Source: Tubiluchus corallicola (Eukaryota; Animalia; Priapulida). Taken from it: DNA of 64,000 bases. Location of the stretch: assembly GCA_030141605.1 (NCBI GenBank), contig JAQGDQ010000486.1, forward strand, positions 104,244-168,243. Reading direction: 5' to 3'. How positions within the stretch are numbered: the first letter of the stretch is position 1; every line of letters starts with the position of its first letter. Positions 31,901-46,800 of this stretch are shown here, piece after piece. The translations under genes and the position numbers were made by a program. The notes beneath the pieces were generated by a model. That model was not told the origin of the DNA and made no database searches. It was given only the letters and a program-made list of their open reading frames with translations.

Positions 31901-34900
31901 GTCAGGTTTTTATTATTAATTAATCGTATCTGACGTAAAAATCGCTACAAAATTGCACAATTTATCTGCGCAGTGTCCAGAAACGCAGGGCAAACCCTTT
32001 GTTTCACATCACTAGTAACGCATTTAACAGCCCATCTCTTTTACAAAACCTTTTTAATAATTAAATTTTAATCACAATTTCTTCTGCGATAAACTTCAAT
32101 TTTGCAACAAAACCGTTGAATCATGACGTCATTAGCATCTCTTCAGGCGATAAAGCTGATAATTAACGTAATTAGTTGCGCCTTCGCAATACTTATGCAA
32201 TATTATACGACCCATAAACGTTCAATATAAATTTTGTTGGGTAAAAGGTAGAAAATATTTATGGCAGGCAATAAATTTACATGAAGTTCATTAAATTGAA
32301 AGCATTATATCAAGCAAATGGTTTACATGCTTTATTATAACGTATTATATAAATGACACGTATTATATAAATGACACGTAGTTTAATTATGCACACATTC
32401 GTCAAACGAGTTCAAAATTTATAAACAAAAGTAACTGATTTTCGGATTTTTAAATAAAGTACGTATTTTACAAGTGCAGAAAGTTTCTCAAAAAATGGGT
32501 TCACTTCAACTTACGTTTTCAGTTCTAAAGTTCCCGTTACTCTAACTTGATAAAATGTGACAGGAGTACAAAAATAACTTTGTCAGCCGACTCCGTACGG
32601 GCAGTGAATGCTGGGTGAGAAGTACATGGCATGACTTTTGTCAGGGAAAGCAATGATACACACTGATCTGACACTTGATATGGACGGTAAATGGAATACA
32701 ACGGAACTGTTGCAAATCATAGCAAAATGCCAAGAAGAGTTTCAATGGCAAGCTGATTGATGAAGAAACTTCTAGCTTCGAGGTTGAGTCTGCTGAAGAA
32801 GATTTTGATTGAAAAGGAAAACATTGCTGTTGTTATTTGAATTCCATTGAAAATAAATTTCAAATTGGAATGAAAAAAATTCCAGGAACTTAGTTTGTTT
32901 GGAAACTTAGTCTAACCTAGACAAATTTTGATAGTGCAGGTTGAAAGGTTGGTTTCAAAAAATTTTAGTTTCCGGCTAATTACACTAAACAGTGTAGCAT
33001 TATTCAGCAGTAACCATCAATATCAAGACATCAGACGAAACGTTCAGCTTTGTTCCCTAGCTGGTTATCTTTTCTCTAATTCTCATTTATTTCTTTTATT
33101 TCAATTTTAGCATTAGCCCTACTAGCATCACTACCTTGTCTATTTCTGAGTTTTCAAAACTGCTTTTGCTTTTTCAATCCTGGCACGACATTCTTACAAC
33201 AAAATAACAACCTGATTCTTTCACTTCTAAAATGGTTTTTTGCTTTATTTCCAGCATTCTTATATACCTTGTACATAACAATTATAATTCCTGTTTCAAA
33301 ATTTGAGCTAAAGTTTAAAACACCACTTATAGGGTGTCTCTGAGTAATGTACAGGTTTCATATCACGTGTGCCGTTCCGTGGACGGGGCCTCAGTGTGCA
33401 TGGACAGCAAATGTGATTTTTAAAAACTCGACAATTCGTAAAGGCATCCTACGCAGTTTTTTGCTCAACATTAAATTCGGACTTTAACAATATAAATGTG
33501 TAGAAGACTAGAGATCTAAACAACCAAAATTACTGTCCATTAATTCACCCAAACATATTGACCAATGGTGCGCCTGCATTACTGTTATACACACCAGACA
33601 CGTTTAACCAACAGAAATTCCCTACAGCCGTTATGATTCAGCGTAGAAGCTACATTTAAGTGCTACGCAATCGGCTAATCAAAAGCCGGTCGAGCTGTTT
33701 ATCATAATCTAGAAAAACCGTGCAATAGATATTTTGTATGACGGTCACTGCAAAATTATGTCTTGAATCTTAGCTAATCTGCAGTGCACAATATTTCCTA
33801 ATGTTGGACACTACAGTATGGAATCAAACGATATGTTGTTTGTAAATCAAACTTGAAAGCGACTCTGGAAAATGGAGAACCTATTAAAGAAACGCGAGCG
33901 ATACTATTTACTATTTTACGACAAAATTTTGTTTGTATGTTTGTTCTGCGTTTAAAGTAGTTTCTTGAAATTCGTAATGGCATTCATGCAGTTCAAGCTA
34001 TTTAACACTACCACGTGTTACGAAGCACAAAAGGAAATCAACTTTAATTTTATTTGAACTCTAATTTCTATAAACACAGTTCGATGGACCTCCCATTTAG
34101 CAATCAGAACAAACACGTCCTATGAAAACTAACAGATTTCCTCAGTTATGTTCTTATGTTATTGTTGTTATTAGTTCAGGCGATCATTAATCTTAATGAC
34201 CTACCAGGCGCATTCAATCGAAAACTACACTGCCATTTGCAATCCATAATCTAGACATCTCTGATTGAGCGAATCACTTACTAGCAATTAACTTACAGAA
34301 TTTCATTAACTTTCCACGCTTTCCAAAACAGCTTATAACAGTTGACAAGACAGTGTAAGAAGATATATTTGCAACGACAATGTTTAAAAACAGTTTTCAA
34401 CAAATTTTGAGCTCGGGGCTGTTAAGTGTGGCATTAAGTCACCATAAACAGGAATTATTTGTACAGCAATATCTTGCATTTACGTTTTCTATATTCATTA
34501 TAATTCTCTATAATTCTTCTGTTGTCAGTGACAGCGTCTAGCTCTTGCAGACGAAACCACAAGGAGTGACATAAATATCTAAGCCACCCAAGCAATGTGT
34601 TGACGCCTACATGCTGTGAACAAAATTAGAACCTGGCAAAACCTCACAGTTCCCTTACACTAATATTTGTTATCACAACATTGCTGATTTATTTTTGATC
34701 GGCTTTGCATCCTGACAGACTCTTTAGGAAAATTGGCAGTTAACACGCGCCGTCTGTCGGCTAATGTACGAAGGGCAGCAGTAAGATAAACCATCACAGA
34801 CCATGGTAATAATAACAGCATGATATCCATAGTACGTTAAATATATAAGCGCGCATAGCGAGCCACGGCACAGCATAATGACAACATGATATTCATAGCA

Positions 34901-37843
34901 TGCTACACATGCATATAAGCTAGCCTTGTGAAATACTACCAACTTGTGCAAACCACTACCTAACATTGTGATAGCATGATATTTACAACATGCTAAACAT
35001 ACAAGATAGCCCTATGAGCTACAATGATACATATTAAAGCCACACAGTATAATGGTAGCATGATATCCACAGCATACTAAATATACGAGCTAGCCTTTTG
35101 AGCTATTCATGAGACACAAACCATCACACGTCATAATGATAGCATGATGTCTACAGCAAGTTATAGGAGTATACAAGCTTGCCCTGTGAGTTATCATGAT
35201 TTACAACCAGCACACCGTTTAATGATAACATAACATAGCATGCTAGAAATACCTGTTCTAGTGAGTTACCACGAAGTACAAACCACCACACAATAGCATC
35301 ATATTCATAGAATGCTAAATATATAATCTAGATTAGTGAGCTGCCACGAAATACAAACTATCACACAGTATAATAATAGCATGATAGTCAAAGCATGCTA
35401 AATAAGCAAACTTGTCTTGTGAGCTGCTATGAGATACAAAGCATCACACAGCATAATAGTGCGATATCCATAGCATGGTAAATATACAAACTGTCTTGTG
35501 AGTTACCATGAGATACAAACCACCACAAAGTCACAGACCATAATAATACACTGTAGCATAATATTCATGGCATGTTAAATATTATATAATCTTGTCTAGT
35601 GAACTACCATGAGATACATACAAGATATCCACATCATGCTAAATACACAAGTTTGTTTTGTAAGCAGTCATGAGATACAAAGCATCTAGCAAAATGACAG
35701 CATGATATCCACATTATGCTAAATACACAAGCTTGCCTTTTCAGTTACAATGAGATACAAAGTATCACAATTGTAGCATGAAATTCACAGTATGCTTAAA
35801 TATATTAGGTTACCTGATGATCGAACCAATTAGGTACGGCAGCCGTAGACTATCAAAATGGACTTCCATCCTGCCAAAGTTATTGCGTTTGTACAGAAAA
35901 TGATTCCACAGGGCACACAACCAGCGCCCCCCATCGCTGGGCCATCCTCCTACATGCCAACAGTGAGAACCCCGAAACCAGTCGTGATCTGGACAACACT
36001 TCATTACAGGCTTAACCCAGATGAAGCTAGAGTTGCAGTAGCGATAGTTATGTAAAAATCCAGTTTTCTTTGGGATATGGAACAAGTCAAAAAGAACAGT
36101 AAAACAATGGAAACACGGTAATGCTATGCAGCAACAGCAGTAATTTCACTATAGAAATAAGACTATAAATTATTCTATTGGCATGTTCTTGAATTGTAAT
36201 ACAACCTAATGATATATTTAATTGAAAACACCGAATTGCCGTTATGTTCTTGAGACGCGACGGTAAACGTATCATCAGCGTACATGGCAGCATTCACTCG
36301 GCACGCAGCACAGTATTTCATTAGGAAAGTACAAGACTCAGAAGTGGAGCGTAAACAACGTACACCTTCTTATTACACGTTTACTTGTGTAGCACGTACA
36401 CAGATGAGATAACTATCTCGAAGCTTGAGCAAGTCCAAATCATGCCAAACCGGAAGACATGTGAAACACACTGCTGAAGCCAAACAAACTCTAATCTCTG
36501 AAGTGATGGCCTGTCATCATTTGCCGCACATTACCCGGTATAATCAGTTATCACCTTTCTTTTCACGCAGCTTTTTTCCCAACAGTGAAAAGCCGACACA
36601 CAAACGAAGCAGGAAACACTCGGCTATGTTTATGACTAAGATAGTGGCTGATCAATAGACCGAAAGACTCATACAAGATGTTGCCAACTCAATGTGTTAC
36701 AGATGTACACGGGTAAGTTGACTCAAGTTCTGAGTCATCAACCGTCTCCGAATATGTTTAACTTTTTAAGTGAATGATGCTGGCGAAGTCACTGCTAAAT
36801 TTATCATACAGTTACTCCACCTGAGACGGTCACATCAAAAACATCAATAACGAGTAATTATTACTTGCTAGTACATCCCAAATGTTTGGAAATGTAAGCT
36901 TTGCTTTCTTCTCCGGCTTTTGAGCCTAGTGTGAAGGACAATAGAGCATTTCTATGCATGTAACCACATGTCGACCAAAGATCATAAATATTGCTTTCAA
37001 AAGTCAATGCAAAAACACCCACGTATGAATATGGTGTTATAATGGCACAAATAAATAATTTGCTGAATTGCGCACAGGTGTCGCCAAAAACTAGTGTATC
37101 AGAAATTTCCTTGTTTTATCCTGTTAGCTTCGAATCTATCAGAACCTAAATATATCAGAAATGATGCAACAAATGTTTTATTTAAAATTTAACGGTTTAG
37201 TTTCAGGCTTAATATACGCAGTATAGAGCACAAGAAAGCACTCAAAATGGTGCAACAATAGCATCACTATAAAGTAAGTGAGGTGCGGAGTCTGCCAAAA
37301 TTATTCTAATGTTCCTAATTGAACGCCTATTGTAAAAGCAGTTCAACGTGCTAAAAGAACAGGAAGAGAGTCAATTCGCGTGATCGTACGTGAACAGACG
37401 GAAAGCCTAACCTTTGCTTCTGCTACAATAAATAGAAAAAAACTGCAGCCGAGGCATTATAGTCGTTGTATTCATCATCATCATCACTACCAATCATACC
37501 AACAACTAGGATATCAGCCGCCAACACAACTAGATAGCACTCTAACAGTGGAGGTGCAGATCCGCATCCATACCCGTTATCTCAGATCAAATCACTGAAT
37601 GGCCAAAAATTTATTTTACCTTGTGACCTTTGAGCTTCTAAACCAAAAATCAATGAATTTCCAGGTCTTGCCCAGGTCTATTCCTGTATCAAGTTTGGTG
37701 ATTATAGCTATGTTCTGATTTTACTGTACGCACAGAACATAAAGACGCGTCGTGGATAGCACTCAGCTACAAAACATCCATACCGTCCTCGTCCTCGTCG
37801 TCATCATCATCATCATCATCACCACCACAACCACCACCACCAT

Positions 37844-37875
<32 letters not shown>

Positions 37876-40800
37876 TCACCACCACCATCATCATCATCAT
37901 CATCATCAATTTATCACCATCAGGCATAAAACAACAGAAATACTTAACATCGCAATAATCCAAACTTGGGTGTTATGTAAGTGGCCAAAGTACAATCGTT
38001 GCAATAGTGAACTAGATTAGAGTTAGGTTTATTTCTTTAGTCAATAATCAACTGAGAAAGGTAAACAAGTTTAAGTTCACGCAGGACACTAACACAAATT
38101 TGTTTCGTAATCTGCGGCGTATTAGCCATAACCGAGTTCACAATATGAATACAAACGCAGTTTGACGAAAAAATAAGCAAATATTCTAAGAAGGAACAGT
38201 GAACTTCCAATAAATGCTGAAACGAAAAATAAAAGATATTTAGGTAATACCAGTTTGGAATATTTGCAAAAATGCTTTCATCCATTTTGCAGTTCAACGA
38301 TAATCCCTACAGTATTTTGGCCTTGACCTGGACAATGGCAAATCCTAGGCTCGTATTTGTTGCTCGTACGACACAGTTCATTTGTTCCGAGTATCTACTG
38401 CTCTTCAGAAGAACTAATAAGTGATAGTAATGAATGAACGAATGAATTGCGAATAATCATTTATTTAGCACTGGCAACCACACAACAATATGCTACATGG
38501 ATTCACGTTGTTGTATGGTCATTAAGTTATAAAATATTCACAAGCTATATAGATTATCATTAATGAGAACGAGAGAATTAAGTACAACAGAAGTTAGAGG
38601 TGTTCTCAATGTCCCCTAGATTAGTTTTAGTTCTCGTGCAGATGATGCCGTCTACCCATTCAAAGTTATATATGTTTTACATACCAGGTTTAAGTAACAT
38701 GCATGTAAGAAGAACACCTATCCGAACAAAAGAAAATATGAACAATTAGCGAACCAGGAGCCTTTAGATTGCAAGTCAAATGTCATGACCACTAGACTAC
38801 TGAACCCCAATGATCATGGCAGGTGTTACTTCAATCCAACTAAAGTTTTGAGATCTGTTAATTTAACCAGATTTCTAAATACTTACCAACCAACTTAACA
38901 AATCATGACATTTGACGATGCCCAATGTTGCCTTAATAAATAATCTTGAAGTCAAGATTACGAAATAATTAAGCATCTTGTATATTTTCGCCTGACACAG
39001 TGTTAGAATTTTTGTTGCATTCAAAATGTCAACGTCAAATGTCAAAGAAGCCAGGCTTTTGAAACGCTAAATTTTTTTCACGTGTGACTAAAAACTCCAC
39101 CTACCCTCAGAATTTGACTGAATTGTGATTAAAGTGAAATTTCATTATAGAAAAAACTCAAATCTAAAGATTCCAAACCTAATTTGAAAAGTTCGGCCAA
39201 TTCAGCTCTTGTATGATTACGTGATTACGTGATATAACTGACTTAGTACTTACTACATAATTTGCAAACTGACATAGTGCTTACTACACATGTAAGTTAT
39301 TATCATCATTTAAATCTTTCTTATCGTTAGATATCACTACGTCGTGCACAATTGGTATTATTAACATTATTTATAGCGCTGGTATGTGTAATTTTGTGTA
39401 TGTAAGCCCGAAATGGCGTACGTACCTAGCAAAAGCTGGTAGTAGAAATAATCGATAGTGAGAATTTTAAAACGATGTAAAATTAGAGGTTACAAATATG
39501 TTGACCAACGATTTCCAATTGGATACATCACACGATAGATGAGCGAAATTAGCTACTAAAAGCGAAACAGAAGCTCGTTTTTGTTGTTCTGTCTAACTGC
39601 TCGTTTAACATGGCATTTTGCAAATTTAAACTCAAATTTTGAAGCTAAAAACAGATATTCAAGCCTAACCAATGATTAACACAAAGGAACATTCTCTGCT
39701 GAAGAAGTGTTAGCAAAAGCAAGCGCGTCTAACATCCCTTTTGAAACAGTAGCCGGCATCCCAACAAAACCCCGCTGGGAGAGTACGTCACCAAAACGTG
39801 AAATGCTTCAATGTTATTGGATAAATATCAATTTACGTTAGTAAACTTGAAAGTTATTGACAAAATATCGAAATACGTTTGTAAACAAACATGTCTAAAG
39901 GTTAATCACAATGTCAGCGAGGTTATGGCATGGCGCACCTTCTTCTAATCGGTGAATGATGTAACTTGATCATGCCTTATTAAATAATTTAAGCCGCACA
40001 ACCTCAGCTAAGGCTGAGATTTTGCGAAGGTCATACGGGGCGCGCCAAAACAAACACCACACAACGTTAACCATTAGGATTAAATAGCGTAAATCATTTT
40101 GTGGGGCCTACCCACTTTACCATTTGATTTTCTGAAAAAAATCAGAAAGAGAGTAAAACTTTAAATGTTGATTTTGAACCACTATATGACAGCATGACGA
40201 GCTAGTAACAAATACTTAATCAAACTTATATTAAAAAAAATCCAAAGTTTATATTACCCAAGTTAGAACATCTAGATATAAAGATATGTTTACTGCATCA
40301 GCAACTTCATGTTTTAATAAAAACATGTTCTAAAGCTCTAATCATTGTCAAAATGTGAACTGTTGTTTTAAACTGAAATAGTTGCAATGTGATTGTTTTC
40401 ATTTCGCTATAGCACTTAATAGACGAGGATGATTAATGACACGTGAAATGGTTTTGCTTGTAAAAGTGTTAATTTTGCATCTAATGCTGTGGGTTCGAAT
40501 CCCACTTAAAGATTTCTGCCTCGCTTTATTGTGTCCTTTTTTAGTTCGCGCTGTTTGAACATTATGCAAAATGCTTCTGTCTGGTTTTGCTAGTTTCTAC
40601 AAAATTATATTAATTTGTATTTCCCTTACAATTGATTTGAATGTGCTAATGTTATAATGTTGTTGACAGCAAAATTAATTATTATCCTGCAACTTTCTGA
40701 AACTCACTGATACCTGGGGAAGAAAATTACCTGAGTGGTCACCATGCGTGGCATGCGCTCGGTTGCAAAGAACAGGGACACCGCACTTAGTTAATAACTA

Positions 40801-43800
40801 CATTGGTGACTGGTCACCACTCAAAAAAATTATAGCTTCGATTTAACTAAAACGAAATGAAATTTGGTCACCACTCAAAAAAATTATAGGTTCAATTTTA
40901 CTAAAACGAAATGCAATTCCTAAGTAATCAAACATGGCGAATTCGACTGAGGCAATATTTTGCCCCCCCCCCCCCACAAGTGACAAGCTCCGATTTCACT
41001 GAAGCTTTTAATGTCGAGCATATAAGTACTTACATACACGATGTTAATTCTTTTGAAAAAAATTTTTATTTGAAAAAAAGCTGACATGGTCAAAACGTTT
41101 GCTAGTTTGCAATGTTTTAAAACTTCGCCAATTATTAATAAAATGTAATTGTATGATATGCAATTATTGTTCACTGATGCACACGAAGCATTGTTGTGGT
41201 ATAAGTAGGCTAAGAATAGATATAGTTTGCAATCATTGTTCTTTAATGGTCCAAAATTAGGCTATTTTTAGTAATTTTTAATCACACACACGCGACGTAA
41301 CTACAGTACTCGGGCCATGTTGACATAATAGCACGTTACAACTGCAACTGCGGAAGACATTTTCAGCAATTTACATACTACATTCATACATTGTACCTGA
41401 AACAGGCTTTAACCAAATAATCAACGAGCCTAAATGACGGCAGTTCACGCAGCGAACTCAGTCACGCTAATAACAGTTTTGTTTTGAGGTGGAGCAGCTA
41501 GAGCTCGTTACTAGCAGAGCTTAATAATGAGCTGTGGGCATCACACTGTAATTACACTGTGTGTAGTGCAATCAATGAATAAATTGGGGAAGAGTTTCCA
41601 GGTACGTAAGAATTTGCAGGTATTCTGTGCAACACTGTCAGATCAATAGACCTGCAACCAAGATAATACTTTAATACCCAGGCGAAAAATAAGATATTAT
41701 TGAATTTTCTGTTCAATGTTCTGCCAGTGAATATTATATAGAGACACGAAGATCTTTGTGATGACGAGAAACCTTCACAATGCTTACAAAATTAGCAGTA
41801 AATGCACATACAGTGTGTACAAAATGTCAATAAGTACACAAGAAACAAACGCCACTAAAAATGTAGACAAAGTTTTGCGCAAATAGCATATCAACCAAGT
41901 TTACAATTCTCCACAAACGTCACAAAATATTTAAAAAGTTTTTACAATTCCACAGACACTAGAAATTAGTTCGTGAAGAGGATTAGGGTTAGGGTTTTGG
42001 GATAGAGTCACGGTTAGGGTTAAGCCGTTAGGGTATTTAAATTCTGTGGGGAATTGTAAACTTTTTTCCATTAACACGTGAGCACAGAAATGACAAACAC
42101 TATATATAAAGTATGAATGCCTTGACTAGTGGACTTCTGTCGAGACTGTCCTGACGCTTTGCCAACAAGGAAAATCACTGCTTACTTATTTGGTAACAAC
42201 CTTAACTTTATACAGGCACTCACAGCTTGATGAAAAGGAAACAACTTTTATTAAAACTTTAAATTATAAAATGTTAAAAAACATTTCTCCAAACGTTTCC
42301 ATTGCAGCCTGCAGTCATCTTTAGTGACAGACTACTCAAACAAACCAGTTTTATAGGCAAAGGCTACAGTACAGAAATTATTCATTAATTGGAAACATCG
42401 AAACATGTTTTTTTTTAACATTTTATAACTTAAAGTTTTAATCGAACTTGTTTTCTTTTCATAACAAACTTTATTCAGAATTTCATTTATAGTTTAAATA
42501 ATAGTACTAAAAACTAGGTAATAAGTTAACATCGCGATTACTCAGGTACGAACTTCGCTACTTCTAGACTGTCCTACATGTACTGGACACTTATTGTCAA
42601 CAAACAGTACCAGCTAGAAACAAACTAGACGTCATCCAACCTCATTCAGCACTTCAGTTACGTTTAAAATAATTGTTAAACAAGTTAAATGTAATACAGT
42701 AAAGTAGACATATGTGGCAACTTTATATCTAACGTTTAAAATAATAGTTAAACCAGTTGCCAAGGAGTTTACAATTCCCTACACAATTTAAATACCCTAA
42801 CCCTAATCCTAATCAGCTTCACGAGCTAATTTCTTGTGTGCGGGGAAACTTAGTCAAAAAGTTAAATATAATAGTGTGATGTAGGTTTAGGTGATAATAA
42901 TAGATCTAATTTCTGCAACACTCTGACACCGATAGGGTCCAGACCACACTTGAAGTTAACTGAAAGTGAAAACAAACAAAATCCTTACCAAAAGCCGAGC
43001 ATATAATTGTACATTCCCATTGATCCTGCCAGAGTCTACTAGTTGAAAAAATGATTTGCTCTCTCTCTCTCTCTTTGTTATATATAGACCTCACCAGCTG
43101 CCAGTTTTACTACAGATTCAGCTGCCCAGACTCGACTTATAGCTTCACTTATGCACAAAGACGCCAGTATCCGTCTCTAACGTTGATGTTTTTGTACTTT
43201 TGCCGCCTTGCCGTCGGTGCGATACGTGTGTTCACCACAAGAACTCTGTAACACAATGACATGGGTGCACCCCCGAGGCTGTAAACATCTGTACTCAACC
43301 ACCAGTAACCTTGACGCTCCGATATTACGTTATTAAAAATTTAAAACGAAAACTGCTGGTGTTGTTTGAGCTTTTGTTTTTTTTCGATTCCTTGTGAAAA
43401 CAATGCAGAAAACTAAACGCAATAGTCGCTTACAGAAACTAGTTAAAACAGTCGTCAGCTTGGGAAATAATTAGTTATGAAAACACGTTTAGCCAAACAA
43501 ACTAGTCAGAATGTTTGTTTTTCGAAACAATAATGATTCTTCAGACAGCAGGTATTGTTACGTTAATTGGAGCGTTGTCTCAGTAATCTGAAATGGTTGC
43601 TGATATCGCCGCCATACGTCGCTATTTACATCATCATCGTTACGACATCGCCGCATAGCAGTGACACGTCCTCAATTTTAGCTGTTACACTTATACATCA
43701 GTAATTTCTGGGCTTTGTGAGAAAGAGACCAACCAGAGAAATTTGAGTTATACGTCGAAGCAGAAACGAAACCATCCCTGCATGCAGTTCACTCACACAC

Positions 43801-46800
43801 TTTCACTAAATTATTCCAAGAATAACCGCAAGCTTATACTCGACGGGTGCAACAATCGTGTCAGAGGTGTGACTAGGAGACCGGGTGCTCATTGGCTACC
43901 AGCGAGCCGTCTCACTGCTGATTGGTTAACCGATACTCTCCTGATGGTTGTGTAATCTACCTGGTTTTGGCGCTGAACCGTCATGGGATCATGTGTTATA
44001 CAAGGAAATGCTCACACTAGAGCAACGTTGTTATTAAATAAACTACACTATTTACAATCATGGTACTCCGTGTAACAACATTGCCAACTTAATGTTTGAA
44101 CGACAAATAAGTGTATTACGTTACCTAGCGCGTTCAAAGTGCAGTGGATAAACAATCATATTTATTAGTTAGAATTATTACTAGTTACAGTAATCTAGAA
44201 TTTGCCGTCATACGGCCATATTGTTCAAGTCCAACGTTGCTTATTAAAACTGCAATCATAGCGATCAAACATAGAAAATAAACTGAGAATTTAAATGGAC
44301 ATGCGATTATGTAATTAAAATTTAAAAAAAGACGCCACCATGTTTATGTAGCATACATAGAACTGCAGCAAGAATACTCAAAGTTGTGCCGAACTATAAT
44401 GATATTATAATCAATAAGAATTTAAATCTCAGGACTACCGAAACAGGGCAAAAAACAATGTAAATCATGGTGAATGTTTGTGCATCTTTAGCCCCCTTTA
44501 CAATCTGCTACTAAGTGACAAACATGCCCAGTCTATTCAACATCGTATGAAAATGGAGGAGGAGAGCACAAACATAGAAAAAATGCTGCATGTAAGGTTT
44601 TTTGAGGTTTTGGCGAGGACAGTTACCGGCTTTTGCACTTAGGCTTTTTGAGGCAATTTGTTAAAGCTTTTTGAACCAGATCAGACTGTGGATGTATCGT
44701 TTTATAAATTTATACTGAAATTACGTCTAGCGCACAAACCTAAACTTATTTTTTTAATAAGAATCATATAAATCCACGAAGATATACTAAATTAGAAAGT
44801 CTGAAAGTTCTGAACCTCACCTGGGTTCTGAAACTACACCACAGAGGCACGCTACTTTTCAGACTTAGAAATTTACTCTGCAAGTTCTAAAGATCTATCA
44901 CTGAGGAATCACAGCGGGCAGTATAAAGACATAATATAAGATCAACCATACAAGCGCAAGAAAGCATTACGTCATTATCATATATGCGTGTATTCAGACA
45001 TTTAGCTATGATTCTACACTGAACTTGTGGCTGTAACATTTTTCTAATTAAAATTACATGGGGATAATAAGCACTCTTAACTAAGGTACATACCACAGTG
45101 GGTGAGATAACTAAGATTTGAGCCGAAGGTCGTCAATATGACAACAAGTTACAGCAAAATTCATGAAAGACACGGGAAGGTTTAAATTTGTGACAAATGA
45201 GCGTAAATAAAACGTTCACAGAGTAATTAAATTTTTTATATACTGCATGCCGGATTTTTTTATTTTGAGTTTCCGGTCAATTTTTAAAGCTTCGATAACA
45301 AAACTTATGAGCGCCAAAAAAGGGTATCCAAGACGGTATTAAAAATGAAATACCAAGAGAAATCTCTAATTAATGTCACGTTAAGTACGATCACTGGATG
45401 ACAAGGGTTTTGACTTATCAGCTAAAAAAATATCAGCTCTTCGCAAGAAAATGAAAAAAAATGAAAAGTAAAAAGCCCCTGGCACGTGGTGTCTGCAAAG
45501 TCCAAGGTAAAATAAATCTAACAATTGCAACTTGTTTCACCTGAGGCTGAGTAAGAAATTATTGCGTAAAAGGGCAAACAAAGAGTGAAGTTTTTCAGCA
45601 AAAATGACTTCAATAAGTACCTTTGTGAAACAAGTTTTTATTACAAAACTGGTGTGAGGTAATGAAAATAAATTTTACTTTTAGCGTAGCTGCAAATTCT
45701 ATACAACATTAATCGTGAAAAAATGCCACACCTTTTATAAAGGATGCAACGCTTTATCTTTATGCCAAATCATCTACAAACACAATAGGTGGTAAATGCA
45801 TTATTACCCCGCCTCTAGAGGTGCTCCATCAAAACGGTTTTCAGTTTTGCTTCAAGTTTTGTAAAAGCCACACTCACTCGCAATTGAAGACGTACTTTAA
45901 TCTACAGCCAAGCGTGGAAGACAAACTCTTCGCTCTATTTGCTCTCAGTTGCTAAATTCATTCACCACATAGCTACTAGAATGATTGTCTTTGCGCTACA
46001 ACACATTTTGCCCCCAAAATAAGAAAGTATAATGCTTTTACGCTGTTTAGTTATTTTGCTTTAAGCCTGTAAGAATAAATTAAAGTTACTGCTCGTTATC
46101 AGAGACTTGTCTTACTGCTTGAATGTCAAAAAACTGCTAGTTTCTTGTCAAAAAAACTATTACTTTAGCAATGGACTTATTTCTCCTGCTCGGTACAAGT
46201 CTCACAATATCACAGCTATTTGCGCCACAGCTAATCTAACAACAGTTCAATGGATAATAATCATTTTAATAACGCATTCTATTATTAACACGTTCGCATT
46301 ACGTGTCGGTTAAAATATTAATAATTAAACAGCCATGAAAATGCATCGGCTACAGACAACATGAAATTAGCCAACATAAGAAGAATTATCCCACACACAG
46401 AATAAATAAATAAATAATAAATATAAAATTTGAGTTACAAAAATAATGAAAATTTGTATGTGAAGTCTGCCAAGAAGATCAACAGTAATTTTAGTTGACG
46501 AATTAAAAAATACTATTTGATATACAACGAATTAACACATCATATTTTATGTTGTTGAGACATTCATAAAAATACTTGTTGATTCGCTCATCATTAGTGC
46601 GGCCAGTTTATGCTTTTGCTTATGGCATGCAGTACGTAGCATTGTAACACTATTTATATATATATTGCATCTATCAATACCTACATTGCCTGTATGCCAT
46701 TTTTTCTTCCTGGGGCCTTTTTATAAGTGTTCACTGTGACTGTTGACTGTGGCCAGATGTTTACATGTTTCTATCAATAAAAATGCGGTTATCAAAAACA

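Noticed and set aside
34790-35800. CRISPR-like array
   Set aside because: The whole unit is repeated and degenerate, with no unique spacers and no cas genes, and the context is eukaryotic.
37752-37963. Poly-Ile/Thr and poly-Met/Val ORFs
   Set aside because: Translation artefacts of a trinucleotide microsatellite.
44811-44832. 7-nt microexon on - (tttcag|aacccag|gtgagg)
   Set aside because: It would shift the MOB2 frame, has a weak pyrimidine tract and is expected by chance in 25 kb.
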